DNA of 64,000 nt from an uncultured virus (IMG/VR IMGVR_UViG_3300035668_000001) (Duplodnaviria; Heunggongvirae; Uroviricota; Caudoviricetes): the IMG/VR virus record IMGVR_UViG_3300035668_000001. One strand, given 5' to 3'. The position numbers were made by a program, and so were the translations under genes. Shown here piece by piece: positions 18,117-27,804 of the stretch. Within the stretch, counting starts at the first letter, position 1, and the number at the start of each line of letters is the position of its first letter. Below the pieces are notes generated by a model. That model was given only the letters and a program-made list of their open reading frames with translations, made no database searches and was not told where the DNA came from.

Positions 18117-18761
18117 CTACGCCACCTCCGGGAACTGGGTCGGGGTGTCGTCGCGGTACACGTGGTGTGTGTTCGCGACGTCGAGGAACCCCGACGCGTC
18201 GGTCTGCAACGTCAGCATCTGGGCCAGCCACACGTCCGGCGCCGGCAGGCCGCCGGGCGGGTGGGCGCACAACTGGTACGTGTACCTGTCTTCGGTCAGG
18301 CGGACGTTGCCCACCGTCGTGTCGCAGTGGATCCGGAAGGTGCGCCCGTCGTCGGCTTGCACGTCGAACCCGCGGTTGTCGACGTAGTCGGCCCGTTGCG
18401 CCGCGGTGAGGAAGGACAGCAGTAGGGCTTCCGCGCGGCGGAACGCGAAGTCGTCCCGCTGTCGCGCCTCCGCGCGTTCCCGTTGTCGCGCCTCTGCGTG
18501 TTCCCGCCTACGGACTGCCTCGGCCTCGGCTTGGTGGCGGCGGGTGTCGTCGACTTCGGCGTAGTGCTGCACGGTCTGGGGCCACCAGAACGGATCCAGG
18601 GACGCCCACGTCTGGGGAGACGCCGCCGTGGCCGTGACCGCGTGCGTGTGTGTGTAGGTGAGCGTGGTTGTACTCGTGGTGGTGGCCGTCGCCCACATCC
18701 ACGCGTCGACCCTGCCCGTGCCCGTGTCGTGCCACTCGGGACGGTGGTCGTAGTGGGGCAT
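18117..18761 (-). CDS. conserved phage hypothetical protein
   Basis: AEALLLSFLTAAQRADY...GRTFRI...LCAHP...DVWLAQMLTL...FLDVAN. Confidence 0.7.
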   Translation of the reverse strand: MPHYDHRPEWHDTGTGRVDAWMWATATTTSTTTLTYTHTHAVTATAASPQTWASLDPFWWPQTVQHYAEVDDTRRHQAEAEAVRRREHAEARQRERAEARQRDDFAFRRAEALLLSFLTAAQRADYVDNRGFDVQADDGRTFRIHCDTTVGNVRLTEDRYTYQLCAHPPGGLPAPDVWLAQMLTLQTDASGFLDVANTHHVYRDDTPTQFPEVA

Positions 18762-18768
18762 CGGGGCG

Positions 18769-19011
18769 TCAGCCGCCTACGTGCCCCATGAAGAACACGA
18801 CCCGCTCCTCGTCGCCCTCGAGCTCTCGGATCATCTCGCGGTCGTGTTCGGCCGCACCCTCGCCTTCCGCCTTGTACGCCGAGAAACCTTGGGCCTTCAT
18901 CATCGCGAAGTGGAGCCGCGCCGCCGCCACCTCTACCGGGTTGTCCGAGTCCCACTCGTACTTGACGTCACCTTCGTGTGCCTTGAGCATCGTCATCGTT
19001 CCGACGGACAT
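18769..19011 (-). CDS. small protein ending in Gly-Gly
   Basis: AGGAGG RBS; GDVKYEWDSDNPVEVAAAR...FFMGHVGG*. Confidence 0.75.
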   Translation of the reverse strand: MSVGTMTMLKAHEGDVKYEWDSDNPVEVAAARLHFAMMKAQGFSAYKAEGEGAAEHDREMIRELEGDEERVVFFMGHVGG

Positions 19012-19556
19012 GACGCCCTCCTGGGGTGTGGGTTCCTGACGGGGGTCGCTCCCCACAGCAGGAGAATTCACGGTAGTCCCCCGGTCAGCCTCTCGAAAAG
19101 GACAAGACGCGGGACGTAACCGGTCCGCGGCGCGCATGGTGCCCGGCATGGGTACCGTCACGTCTCTCTCCGACGTCCGTGAGCGCCGCGCCGCCGCGAT
19201 CGCCTCGGTCGCGCCGATGCACCCCGCCTTGCGGTACTTGGTCGGCGGCGACGGCTCGGTCGCGCACCGGCGCACACCCATGGGCCGCACCGTGTGCGGC
19301 ACACCCGGGGACCTCTACGTGGCCCGCGTCGAGACGCCCTTGTGTGACGTCTGTTACGAGGGACGCGCCGGGTGACCCCCGAGATCCGTCCCGCTGCCGC
19401 GACCGTAGACGTCGTGTGGATCTGCACGGGGCCGTGCGGCCGCCCGATCCTCGTCCGGCTCCCGTTCCTGTACATCGACGACGTCACGACCGAGGCGATG
19501 TACGACTGGTGGGAACTACAGCGGGCAGGGGTCATGCATCTGCGGGACTGCGGCCG

Positions 19557-21317
19557 GTGAGCCCCGTCCGGGCGGCGTCCCGGACCCCGCCCCCGGGCCG
19601 TGACGCCCTCTCCCCCGGCGCGAAGCGGATGCTCGCGGACCTCGCCGCGTTACCCCCGACCGTCCGGCGGGACATCTACCGGAACATGGGGGAACGGGAC
19701 CTGTCCGTTCTCCTCGCCGTGTCCGAGGTCCAACTCGGCACGCCGTACGGGCTGTGGGTCGACGACCCGGCCGGGTTCATCCTCGACGTCATCGGCGACG
19801 CCTTGTGGTCCATGCCGACGCGGATCGCGGACACGGTCACCACCGCGCGGAAAGTCGCGGTCCCGTCGTGCTACGGGTCCTCGAAGACGTGGACTAGCGC
19901 GAGATTGGCGGTCTGGCATTCGTTCGTGCACCCGCCCGGGACCGCCCTGACAGTCACCCTCGCGCCGAAGTGGCGGCAGGTGGTGCGCCTCATCTGGCCC
20001 GAGATCAGGCGGGCCCACAAAAAGGCCGGGCTGCCTGGGCACGCCGACATGGCGCAGTTGAAGATCACCGACCGGACCGGGCTGGACCACGTCGTCGCGT
20101 ACGGGCTCGCGGCCGAACCCCGCGACGAGTCGGCCGTGCAGGGCATCCACGCCGCCGGCGGCGTGCTCCTGATCGTCGAGGAGGCGGGGGGTATCCACGC
20201 CACGATCGGGCGAAGCATCCTCGGCGCGTTGACCGGCGCCGACTCCCGCATGCTGGCGATCGGGAACCCGCCGACGTCGGACGAGGGCGGCTGGTTCGAG
20301 GAGTTGTGCGCCGCTGACGACGTCGTCACCATCCCCATCACCGCACAGTCGACGCCGAACCTGTCTGGGGAACGGCCGGTCCGGTGCCACACGTGCCCGC
20401 CGACGGCGCCGGTGCACGCCTTGTCCAACCACTTGATCGACCAGCAGTGGGTGGATGACGCGATCCGGGACAACGGCATCGACTCGCCGTACTGCCAGGC
20501 CAAGATTTTCGCCCGGTTCCCGAAGGGCGGCGGGTCGCGGATCATCCCGTCCCAGTGGCTCGACGGGGCACTGGACGTGCAGGCCACCGAGCCGGACGCG
20601 GAGCCGGGGCAGTCGGTGCGGCTGTGCGACCTCGGGCTGCCGGACGAGACGGACCCGTGGGTGGTGGCGTACGGGGCGTGGATCCGGCTCGGCGTCGACG
20701 TCGCGTCCGACGGCGGCGACGAGTTCGTGGTGGCCCGCCAGGTTGGGGACCTGGGGACGATCGAGCACTACTCGGCGGGGGCGACGAACGCCGATGCGAT
20801 CAACGTCGCCGGGAAGGTGCTGGTGCAGATCCGGCGCGCGGAGGCCCTCCGTGCCGCGATCGGCTCGGAGGCGCAGATCCGGGTGAAAGTCGACGTGATC
20901 GGGCTCGGGTGGGGCGTCGTCGGGGCCCTCACCGCGTGGGGCAAAGAGGGGGTCCACGACGCGGCCATCGTAGCGGTGAACGTCGCGGAAGCTACGGACC
21001 GTGAGCCCGATGGGACGTCGATGATTCCGGACCGCAAGCGGGACGAGCTGTGGCTGACGGGGCGCACGTTGGTGCAGCCGGATCCGCGGACCGCAGAACC
21101 ACAGGTGCGGCTGCGGGTTGACAAGAAGACTGCGTCCCAGTTGCGCGGCCCGAAGTACGGAACGACTATGGCCGGGGGCCGGATCAAAGTCGAGTCGAAG
21201 AAGTCGATGCGGGAGCGGGGCCTGTCGTCGCCGGACCGGGGGGAGGCTTGGCTACTGTGCGTATACGAGCCTGCGCCGCCGCGTGACGCCAAGAAGAAGG
21301 CTCGGCTAGTCGCTTGA
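19557..21317 (+). CDS. terL: terminase large subunit
   Basis: Walker A-like SCYGSSKT, Walker B LLIVEEAGG, IGNP coupling motif, nuclease LGVDVA and SPDRGEA; precedes the portal gene. Confidence 0.9.
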   Translation: MSPVRAASRTPPPGRDALSPGAKRMLADLAALPPTVRRDIYRNMGERDLSVLLAVSEVQLGTPYGLWVDDPAGFILDVIGDALWSMPTRIADTVTTARKVAVPSCYGSSKTWTSARLAVWHSFVHPPGTALTVTLAPKWRQVVRLIWPEIRRAHKKAGLPGHADMAQLKITDRTGLDHVVAYGLAAEPRDESAVQGIHAAGGVLLIVEEAGGIHATIGRSILGALTGADSRMLAIGNPPTSDEGGWFEELCAADDVVTIPITAQSTPNLSGERPVRCHTCPPTAPVHALSNHLIDQQWVDDAIRDNGIDSPYCQAKIFARFPKGGGSRIIPSQWLDGALDVQATEPDAEPGQSVRLCDLGLPDETDPWVVAYGAWIRLGVDVASDGGDEFVVARQVGDLGTIEHYSAGATNADAINVAGKVLVQIRRAEALRAAIGSEAQIRVKVDVIGLGWGVVGALTAWGKEGVHDAAIVAVNVAEATDREPDGTSMIPDRKRDELWLTGRTLVQPDPRTAEPQVRLRVDKKTASQLRGPKYGTTMAGGRIKVESKKSMRERGLSSPDRGEAWLLCVYEPAPPRDAKKKARLVA

Positions 21318-21639
21318 TTCAACTGCCCGGAACGTCTACCGCGCCACGCAAACGGGTCTACTCTCACTCGCAGGGCCCGACAGCCGGTAAGTGAGGGGCC
21401 ACGCTTAGTCGGTCGCTTTACCCCGGTTCGACACGCACAGCACGCAGCATCGTACAAACGGTCAACTCCGTAGAACTCGTGGTTGGTACGTCTAGCGTTG
21501 CTATTGGTTACCGGCGGCACCATGGAGCACCGTCGCCGCCGGGGCCGCCTGTGTGGCACAAGCTCCCACACAGGTCTTCCTGTGGAGGGGACCTAGCGAC
21601 AGATCCCCCCCGCGCACGGCACCAAGGGTGGCACTTACC

Positions 21640-21981
21640 ATGCCGAAGCGGATCGTGTCCTCAACTCACCAGTGGGAGATCGCAGCACTCATCTCGGCCG
21701 ACGACCGGGACGCGTCGAAGGCCAGCTTGCGGGGTTACCTCAGATGCGAGGTCGACCGGCGCATCGAGGCGATCGACGTGTACTGCGTACAGTGCCGGCG
21801 GACGTACGACCAGGTCGGCGACCGTGAGTGTGAAGCGGCGAAGTCGAACGAGCACCTGATCGGCGGACCCACCGGAGAGCGGGCGAAGCGGGTCCACACG
21901 GATCACGACTGCGCCATGTACGGGTGTGTACGTGACGTGGAGGCGGATCGGCAGGCAGTCGGATACCAAACCGGCGCTTGA
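21640..21981 (+). CDS. hypothetical protein with CxxC
   Basis: YCVQCRR...HLIGGP; 113 aa. Confidence 0.65.
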   Translation: MPKRIVSSTHQWEIAALISADDRDASKASLRGYLRCEVDRRIEAIDVYCVQCRRTYDQVGDRECEAAKSNEHLIGGPTGERAKRVHTDHDCAMYGCVRDVEADRQAVGYQTGA

Positions 21982-22035
21982 CGTGGGGTAGCCGGGCCGC
22001 GACACAACGTCAGCGGCGCTCGTAGCGTCCGCGTC

Positions 22036-22215
22036 GTGACGTCGCCGCAGCTCAACCCCAACACCCGAGACGTGGCTGCCTTCGGCGTCATGGTCGTCGG
22101 CGCCCTCACGGTCCTGCTGTGCGCGTTCCTCGCCGACCCGCTCCTCGGCTTCGCCGTCCTCGGCGTGCTGTGCATGGCCGCCGGCGCCGCCGCCGGGTAC
22201 CGGCCCGGGCGATGA
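22036..22215 (+). CDS. small two-TM membrane protein preceding portal (not in ORF track)
   Basis: VTSPQLNPNTRDVAAFGVMVVGALTVLLCAFLADPLLGFAVLGVLCMAAG... Confidence 0.6.
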   Translation: MTSPQLNPNTRDVAAFGVMVVGALTVLLCAFLADPLLGFAVLGVLCMAAGAAAGYRPGR

Positions 22216-22218
22216 CCC

Positions 22219-24711
22219 GTGGCCTTCTTCCCGACCCTCCTCCCCCGCGGACGGCGCAGCACCGAACAGAAGGTGCTGCTGTCGGACTACTACAGCACGC
22301 TGATCAACGCCGGGATCGACGTCCACACCCGGTCCAAGCCGTGGCCTGTCGAACGCGCCGTCGCCGAGGGGTACGAGCGGGTCAACCTCGTATTCCGGTC
22401 CGTGAACACCATCGCCGGGGACTGCGCTCGGCGGGACATTCCGTTCCGGTTCCGGGAGGGCGACAAAGTCCTCGACGACCACCCCCTCTACCGGCTGCTG
22501 AACCGGCGCGCGAACCCGATGGAGGACTCGCACGCCTTCCGGACCCGCCTCGTGTCCCAGATCCTGCTGTCCAAGCGGGGCGCGTTCGTCGAAGAAACCC
22601 GCTCCAACGGCGGCACCCCCGTGCGCTTGGACCTGCTGCCACCCGGCCGGACCCGCATCGTGCCGCCGATGAACGTCACCACCACGCAGGCCATGACCGC
22701 CCGCGACACCGGCAACGACCTGATCGACCACTACGAGGTGTGGCGTAACGACGGGTCCCGGTACGACATCGACCCGGAGCGGGTCCGCTGGTTCCGTAAC
22801 CCGCACCCGTTGGATCCGTACAGCGGAACCACCCCCCTCGAATCCCTCGGGTTGACGGTCGAGCTCGACTATTTCGCCCGCCTCTACAACACCCGCTTCC
22901 TGCGCAACGACGGCCGCCCCGGTGGGGTGCTGGCCGTCAAGAACGACATGGAAGACGACGGGATGGAGCAGCTCGAGGCCCGGTTCGGGAAGGGCCCGAC
23001 GGAGGCGGGCAAGCTGTCCGTCATCGCCGGCGAGGTGTCGTACGTCGACCTCGCCGCCCGCCCCAGGGACATGCAGTACGGGTCGCTGGCGAAGGTCACC
23101 AAGGACGACCTGTTGGTCGGGTTCGGCACCCCGGAGTCGGTCATGGGCAACGCCGCGGGAAGAACTTTCGACAACGCCGAGAACGAGGCGTACATCTACT
23201 GGTCCCGCACCGTCATGGGCTCCCTGTCCCTCGTCGCCGCGGGGTTCGACGACGACGCGTCCGACGACCTCGAGCCGTTCTTCGACACCGAGGCCATCGA
23301 CGTCCTGCAACTGCCGGTCCGCAAGAGGCGGGAGGAGATGCGGCTCGAGGTCACAGACGGGCTCCGGTCCCCCAAGTCGTACGCGGACGCCGCCGGGTAC
23401 GGCCACGAGATCGAAGACACCCCGAAGACACGGGCCTTGCGGCAGCCCGCTGGCGTCACCCTCCTGGCTGTGCGGGCGGACGACGAGGACGCTCTGGCCC
23501 CAGCGGCACCGTCCGGCCCCACCGTGCCCGGCCCGGCCCTCCGGGGCGCCGTGGTGCCCGAGAGCACCCCGCCGGGCACGACCCCGCAAGAGGACACGGC
23601 CCCGTCCGCCGCCAAGCCACCGCCGGGCAACACCTTCCTCGCGGGTGGCGCCCGCGCGACCCCAGCCGCCGCCGATACACCCGCCACCCCAACGGCGACG
23701 CCCAAGGGCGACGAGCAGAAGAGGCTGCCGCAGCCCACATCCCGGGTCGTCGTCCCCATCAACATCAAGGCCGCCGCCGCGCAGTGGGTCGACGTGTCCC
23801 CCGCCGACACGGAAGCCGACGCGGAGGCGAAGATCGGGGACGTTCTCGCGAAAGTGATGGACGGCTGGCTGTCCCGTGCCGTGGCCCGCGTCAAGTCCCC
23901 GAAGACGCGCAAGGGCACCAGGCACTGGAAGGCCGACGGGACGCTGCCCGCCGACACCCGCGGCGGGCACAAGGCGCTGGACGTGGCCTACGCCGCCGAC
24001 GAGGACACGACCGCGAAGGAGATCGACGCCAAGACGCGGCCCCTGGTCGTCGACGCGGCACTCGCCGCCGCCGCCGCCTACCTCACCGCCGCCGGGCCCG
24101 CCCTGCTGGGAGGCGCCGAACACAAGGCGAGGGCGAAGCAGCCACCCGAGCTCGACGCGCTCGTGGCCGCGATGCGCGACGGCGCGAAGATCACCGTCGA
24201 CATGATCCCCCCGGACGTCGGCAAGAGGATCCGGGACCGGGCGCAGGCGATCGTGCCGCACCTCGACGCGGGGGCGCGGGGTCAGATCCGGACTGCTGCG
24301 CGCGCGGCCGCGGCGAAGGACGCCGACGGAGGCACGGTCGAGGACATCGTGGCGCAGCTCGAGGACCGCCGGGACGCCGTCGAGCAGTGGGCGCGCGCCG
24401 CGGCCGCGGACGCCGCCGGTGCCGCCGCAGCGGTCGGACACGACTTGGCCGCCGCGCAGGTACAGAAGGCCCTCGGTGGGGACGTGTACCGGCAGTGGTT
24501 CTCCCGCCACGACGAGAAGACGCGGGACACGCACCGCGGGGCACACGGGCAGCGGCGGGACATCGGGGTGCCGTTCAAGGTCGGCGCGGCGTCGTTGCAG
24601 TACCCGAAGGACCCACTCGGGCCGCCCGGTGAGGTGAAGAACTGCCGGTGCCACGCCATCTACCGGCACCGCCGGTCGGGCCGGTTCGACTTCGAAGTCG
24701 CCGCGTCGTGA
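22219..24711 (+). CDS. portal protein fused to a C-terminal head-morphogenesis (MuF/SPP1 gp7-like) domain
   Basis: HK97-type portal motifs (HPLYRLLN.RANP, FLRNDGRPGGVL, FGTPESVMG, TFDNAE); C-terminal QWFSRHDEKTRDTH...HGQ...YPKDP...EVKNCRC. Confidence 0.9.
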   Translation: MAFFPTLLPRGRRSTEQKVLLSDYYSTLINAGIDVHTRSKPWPVERAVAEGYERVNLVFRSVNTIAGDCARRDIPFRFREGDKVLDDHPLYRLLNRRANPMEDSHAFRTRLVSQILLSKRGAFVEETRSNGGTPVRLDLLPPGRTRIVPPMNVTTTQAMTARDTGNDLIDHYEVWRNDGSRYDIDPERVRWFRNPHPLDPYSGTTPLESLGLTVELDYFARLYNTRFLRNDGRPGGVLAVKNDMEDDGMEQLEARFGKGPTEAGKLSVIAGEVSYVDLAARPRDMQYGSLAKVTKDDLLVGFGTPESVMGNAAGRTFDNAENEAYIYWSRTVMGSLSLVAAGFDDDASDDLEPFFDTEAIDVLQLPVRKRREEMRLEVTDGLRSPKSYADAAGYGHEIEDTPKTRALRQPAGVTLLAVRADDEDALAPAAPSGPTVPGPALRGAVVPESTPPGTTPQEDTAPSAAKPPPGNTFLAGGARATPAAADTPATPTATPKGDEQKRLPQPTSRVVVPINIKAAAAQWVDVSPADTEADAEAKIGDVLAKVMDGWLSRAVARVKSPKTRKGTRHWKADGTLPADTRGGHKALDVAYAADEDTTAKEIDAKTRPLVVDAALAAAAAYLTAAGPALLGGAEHKARAKQPPELDALVAAMRDGAKITVDMIPPDVGKRIRDRAQAIVPHLDAGARGQIRTAARAAAAKDADGGTVEDIVAQLEDRRDAVEQWARAAAADAAGAAAAVGHDLAAAQVQKALGGDVYRQWFSRHDEKTRDTHRGAHGQRRDIGVPFKVGAASLQYPKDPLGPPGEVKNCRCHAIYRHRRSGRFDFEVAAS

Positions 24712-26363
24712 CGGGGCCGTCGTTGTTCAGCGTGGGTGGCGTGGAGTACGAGATCACGCCGGTCGACCCCGCCGGCGCGAAGTCGTGGACCACCGGCGGG
24801 GTCCGGTACGAGGTGAAGGGCCTGTTCACCTCGGCCTTGCATCCGCGGGACGGGCACGGCCGGTTCGTGCGCGTCGGCGGGACCGTCCACCTCCCCGGCG
24901 GTGGCACCGGAACCGTGTCCGCGATCGGGGACGGGAAGAAGAAGGGGAAGAACGGCGTCGTCATCCCCCGCGGGCACGTCGAGGTCACGAAAGCCGGGGC
25001 CGGGTCGGTGGTCGTCACGCCCGGCAAGCTCAGTGTCGCGAGCCCGAAGAAACCCGCTGCGAAGCTGCCGCCCGCACGTCCCGCCCCTCCGGGTCCGGCA
25101 ACCCCCGCGGGCATCACTGTCGGCGACCGCATCCACTCGTGGACGTCCGCCCGCGGCGGCCCCGCGATCGGCATGGGCGACCGCACGGTCGTGTCGGTGG
25201 TGCCGAAGAAGGTCGGGAAACGCGACGCCTTCCACGTCACCTTCTCCGACGGGGTCGAGGTGGACCTTCCCGCCGACGCCACCATCGGCCACGCCGCCGA
25301 GCCGGGGGACGGCAAGGTGTCCCTTCCCGCCGGCCACCGGGTCACGATGCCGGACGGCACCCACGGGAGGGTCGTCGACGTCGACCACGGAAAGGTGAAC
25401 GTCGAGGTCGCTGTGCCCGGCGACGGGCCGCGAACCGTCACGGTGCCCGTCGCCGCCGTCGCCGTGGTGCACCGCACCGGCGCGAAGGGTGACGCGGTCA
25501 AGGGCGATCCCACGGAGATGAGCCAGGAGGAGTACGCCACCCACCTGACCCGCGTCGAAGCCGTCCTCGACCAGGCGGTCGAGGACGGCCAGACGACCGA
25601 CCAACTGCACACTGTCGGGAAGGACGAGAAGGGCCGGGATGTCTACACCAAGGCCCGCGTCGAGCAGCATCAGCGGATCATCGACAAGGTCACCCGGGGG
25701 TGGGACGAGGTGCCCAACGGCGGGAGGGCGGTCATCGCCGGCGGGCTCGGTGGCGCCGGGAAGTCGACGGTCCTCGGCAAGTACGCGGGCATCGACCAGT
25801 CGCAGTACGCGACGCTCAACCCCGACGACGTCAAGGAACTCATGGCCGAGGCGGGCATGATCCCGGACGTGTCCGGGCTGTCGCCGATGGAGGCGTCCGC
25901 ACTGGTCCACGAGGAGTCGTCGCACATCGTCGGGATCCTCGCCGAGATGGCGTACCGGCAGAAGAAGAACGTCATCTGGGACATCACCATGTCCGGGCAA
26001 GATTCGGTACAGAAGCGCATCGACGACCTGCGGGCCAGCGGCTACGGGTTCATCAACGGCGTGTTCGTCGACATCCCGGTGGAGACGTCGGTGGTCCGCG
26101 CGTTGGGCCGACACCGCCGCGGCGCGGAACAGTACCGGGCCGGTGAGGGGGCCGGGGGCCGGTTCGTGCCGCCCCACATCATCCGCAAGAACAACCCGAC
26201 CCCCGGCTCGACGGCGCAGTCGAGGAACCGGGAGGTGTTCGACGCGCAGCGGGTCCAGTTCAACAGTTGGTCGGTGTACGACAACTCGGGGACGGCCCCG
26301 GTGCTGACCATGACGGGCATTGGCGCGGAGACGGGTCAGCCGCCCCCGTTCGGGGCTGGCTGA
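24708..26363 (+). CDS. protein with C-terminal zeta-toxin-family P-loop kinase domain
   Basis: GGLGGAGKST, LNPDDVKE, VHEESS, NVIWDIT, GRFVP, VYDNS; N-terminal HPRDGHGRF motif. Confidence 0.82.
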   Translation: MTGPSLFSVGGVEYEITPVDPAGAKSWTTGGVRYEVKGLFTSALHPRDGHGRFVRVGGTVHLPGGGTGTVSAIGDGKKKGKNGVVIPRGHVEVTKAGAGSVVVTPGKLSVASPKKPAAKLPPARPAPPGPATPAGITVGDRIHSWTSARGGPAIGMGDRTVVSVVPKKVGKRDAFHVTFSDGVEVDLPADATIGHAAEPGDGKVSLPAGHRVTMPDGTHGRVVDVDHGKVNVEVAVPGDGPRTVTVPVAAVAVVHRTGAKGDAVKGDPTEMSQEEYATHLTRVEAVLDQAVEDGQTTDQLHTVGKDEKGRDVYTKARVEQHQRIIDKVTRGWDEVPNGGRAVIAGGLGGAGKSTVLGKYAGIDQSQYATLNPDDVKELMAEAGMIPDVSGLSPMEASALVHEESSHIVGILAEMAYRQKKNVIWDITMSGQDSVQKRIDDLRASGYGFINGVFVDIPVETSVVRALGRHRRGAEQYRAGEGAGGRFVPPHIIRKNNPTPGSTAQSRNREVFDAQRVQFNSWSVYDNSGTAPVLTMTGIGAETGQPPPFGAG

Positions 26364-26382
26364 CCCGTCTGCCCGCGCTCCG

Positions 26383-26670
26383 CTACTGCCCGGCCGTGGC
26401 GTCCTTGTACGCGGCCAGCAGCGTGTCGTAGTGGTCCATCGGCACGTCACCCATCGCGAACGCGACCGCCACCTCGTCCCACGATCCCGGGGTGAGCGGG
26501 TCCGGGTCCTGGGCGGCCCGCTCGAGGAGCTGCGCGCCCGTGGTGACCGGCGGGCCGGACCGGACGTGCGCCACCCACGGCAAGGTGCGGAACCTCTCCG
26601 CCGCCTGGTCGGCGGTGATCCGCTGCGCGGCCAGGTCTTCCAGCACGGCGGTCACACCTGTGCGTTCCAT
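26383..26670 (-). CDS. small hypothetical protein
   Basis: GGAGG RBS; MERTGVTAVLEDLAAQRITADQAAERFR. Confidence 0.65.
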   Translation of the reverse strand: MERTGVTAVLEDLAAQRITADQAAERFRTLPWVAHVRSGPPVTTGAQLLERAAQDPDPLTPGSWDEVAVAFAMGDVPMDHYDTLLAAYKDATAGQ

Positions 26671-26753
26671 GTCCGTTTCCTCCGGTCGGGTGGTGCGTCT
26701 TTCGGTACGGTGTCCCGCCGCGGCGGCTTGCGTCCGCCGCGGGACACCCCAGG

Positions 26754-27683
26754 TCACTCTGTCGCGCGCCCGGTGGTGTCGGCCGGGGTGTGCTTGCCGG
26801 TGATGTTGTCGTACGGGACGGTGTCGGTCCACGAGTAGCCGGTTTCGACGCTCACCGACTTCTTGTTGACCCGGGTGATCGGCCCGCGCCACGTGCCGCG
26901 CACCTTCGCCCAGTCGCCCTTGGTGAAGTCGTCCGGGCCCCAGATCTTGAACCCGTCGGCCTCGGCCTGCGCGACGTGCGCCTTCCAGCCCGCGATGTCC
27001 TCGACCAGGCGGGCCCGGCTGGTAGCGTGCCATTCGATCGCCCGGGCGCGGCTCTCGTCGGTGGTGGCCTTTGCGATGTTCCGGTCGATGCCGCGGAGCT
27101 CGGCCTCGAGCGTGGCGATCCGGCGGATCGTGGTCGGGATGTTCTTGCGGTGCTGCTCGTACCGTGCCGCCGTGTCGGACGCCTCGGCCAGGCGCTTGGC
27201 CTTGGCGCCCTCTTCGAACGCGCGGCGTGTGCCGTTGTGGACGCGTTCCATGTCCCTCTCGGCGCCGCGCTGCGAGTGGTGGCCGAGCAGGATCGGCTGG
27301 CCGCCGGCGAACCGCTCGGAGATCCGGTCGGCGCGCTCGTGGGCGGCCTCGCTGCGTGCGGCCGCGTTCTCGGCGTACCCGGCCAGCCGCTCGGCCCGGT
27401 CTTCGGCGCGGGCGACCTTGTCGTCCTCCCGTTCGTCGAAGGTCCGCGTCTCGGCGGTGATGTCGACTTCCACCTCGAACCCGGCTGCGCGCAGTGCGGT
27501 CGCGGCGGCTTCGATGCGGCCGGTCTGTGCGGCCTTGTCGCGGGACTGGCCGATGCCCCACAACTTCAACGACGGGAACCAACGGAACCGCTGGGCCTTG
27601 AGGACTTCGGCGGTGCCGTCGCCCTTCGCAGTGCCGTAGACGAGGGTGCCTTCCGCCGGGCTGTGGCTGATCGTGACCGTCAT
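26754..27683 (-). CDS. DUF3560 domain protein
   Basis: ITISHSPAEGTLVYGT; GQPILLGHHSQR; TVPYDNI. Confidence 0.85.
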   Translation of the reverse strand: MTVTISHSPAEGTLVYGTAKGDGTAEVLKAQRFRWFPSLKLWGIGQSRDKAAQTGRIEAAATALRAAGFEVEVDITAETRTFDEREDDKVARAEDRAERLAGYAENAAARSEAAHERADRISERFAGGQPILLGHHSQRGAERDMERVHNGTRRAFEEGAKAKRLAEASDTAARYEQHRKNIPTTIRRIATLEAELRGIDRNIAKATTDESRARAIEWHATSRARLVEDIAGWKAHVAQAEADGFKIWGPDDFTKGDWAKVRGTWRGPITRVNKKSVSVETGYSWTDTVPYDNITGKHTPADTTGRATE

Positions 27684-27704
27684 CGTCGGACTCCTCCATC
27701 AAGA

Positions 27705-27749
27705 GGCGGGGTCGCTCCCGCCCACACCACTATTGTACATGGGGTTTAG
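27705..27749 (-). promoter_or_regulatory. putative phage promoter (-10 TACAAT) plus leader motif
   Basis: Minus strand: CTAAACCCCATG-TACAAT-AGTGGTGTGGGCGGGAGCGACCCCGCC. Confidence 0.75.
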
Positions 27750-27804
27750 AGGCGTGGGAAGTGGGCCGCGACACTACCGACTGCGATGGATCACCGTGCA
27801 TCGC

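Noticed and set aside
21661..24669. Long antisense and alternate-frame ORFs (for example 1002 aa here, 1384 aa at 43980-48134, 918 aa at 60203-62959)
   Set aside because: Shadow ORFs typical of high-GC DNA: Arg/Gly/Pro-rich, overlapping clearly recognisable genes.
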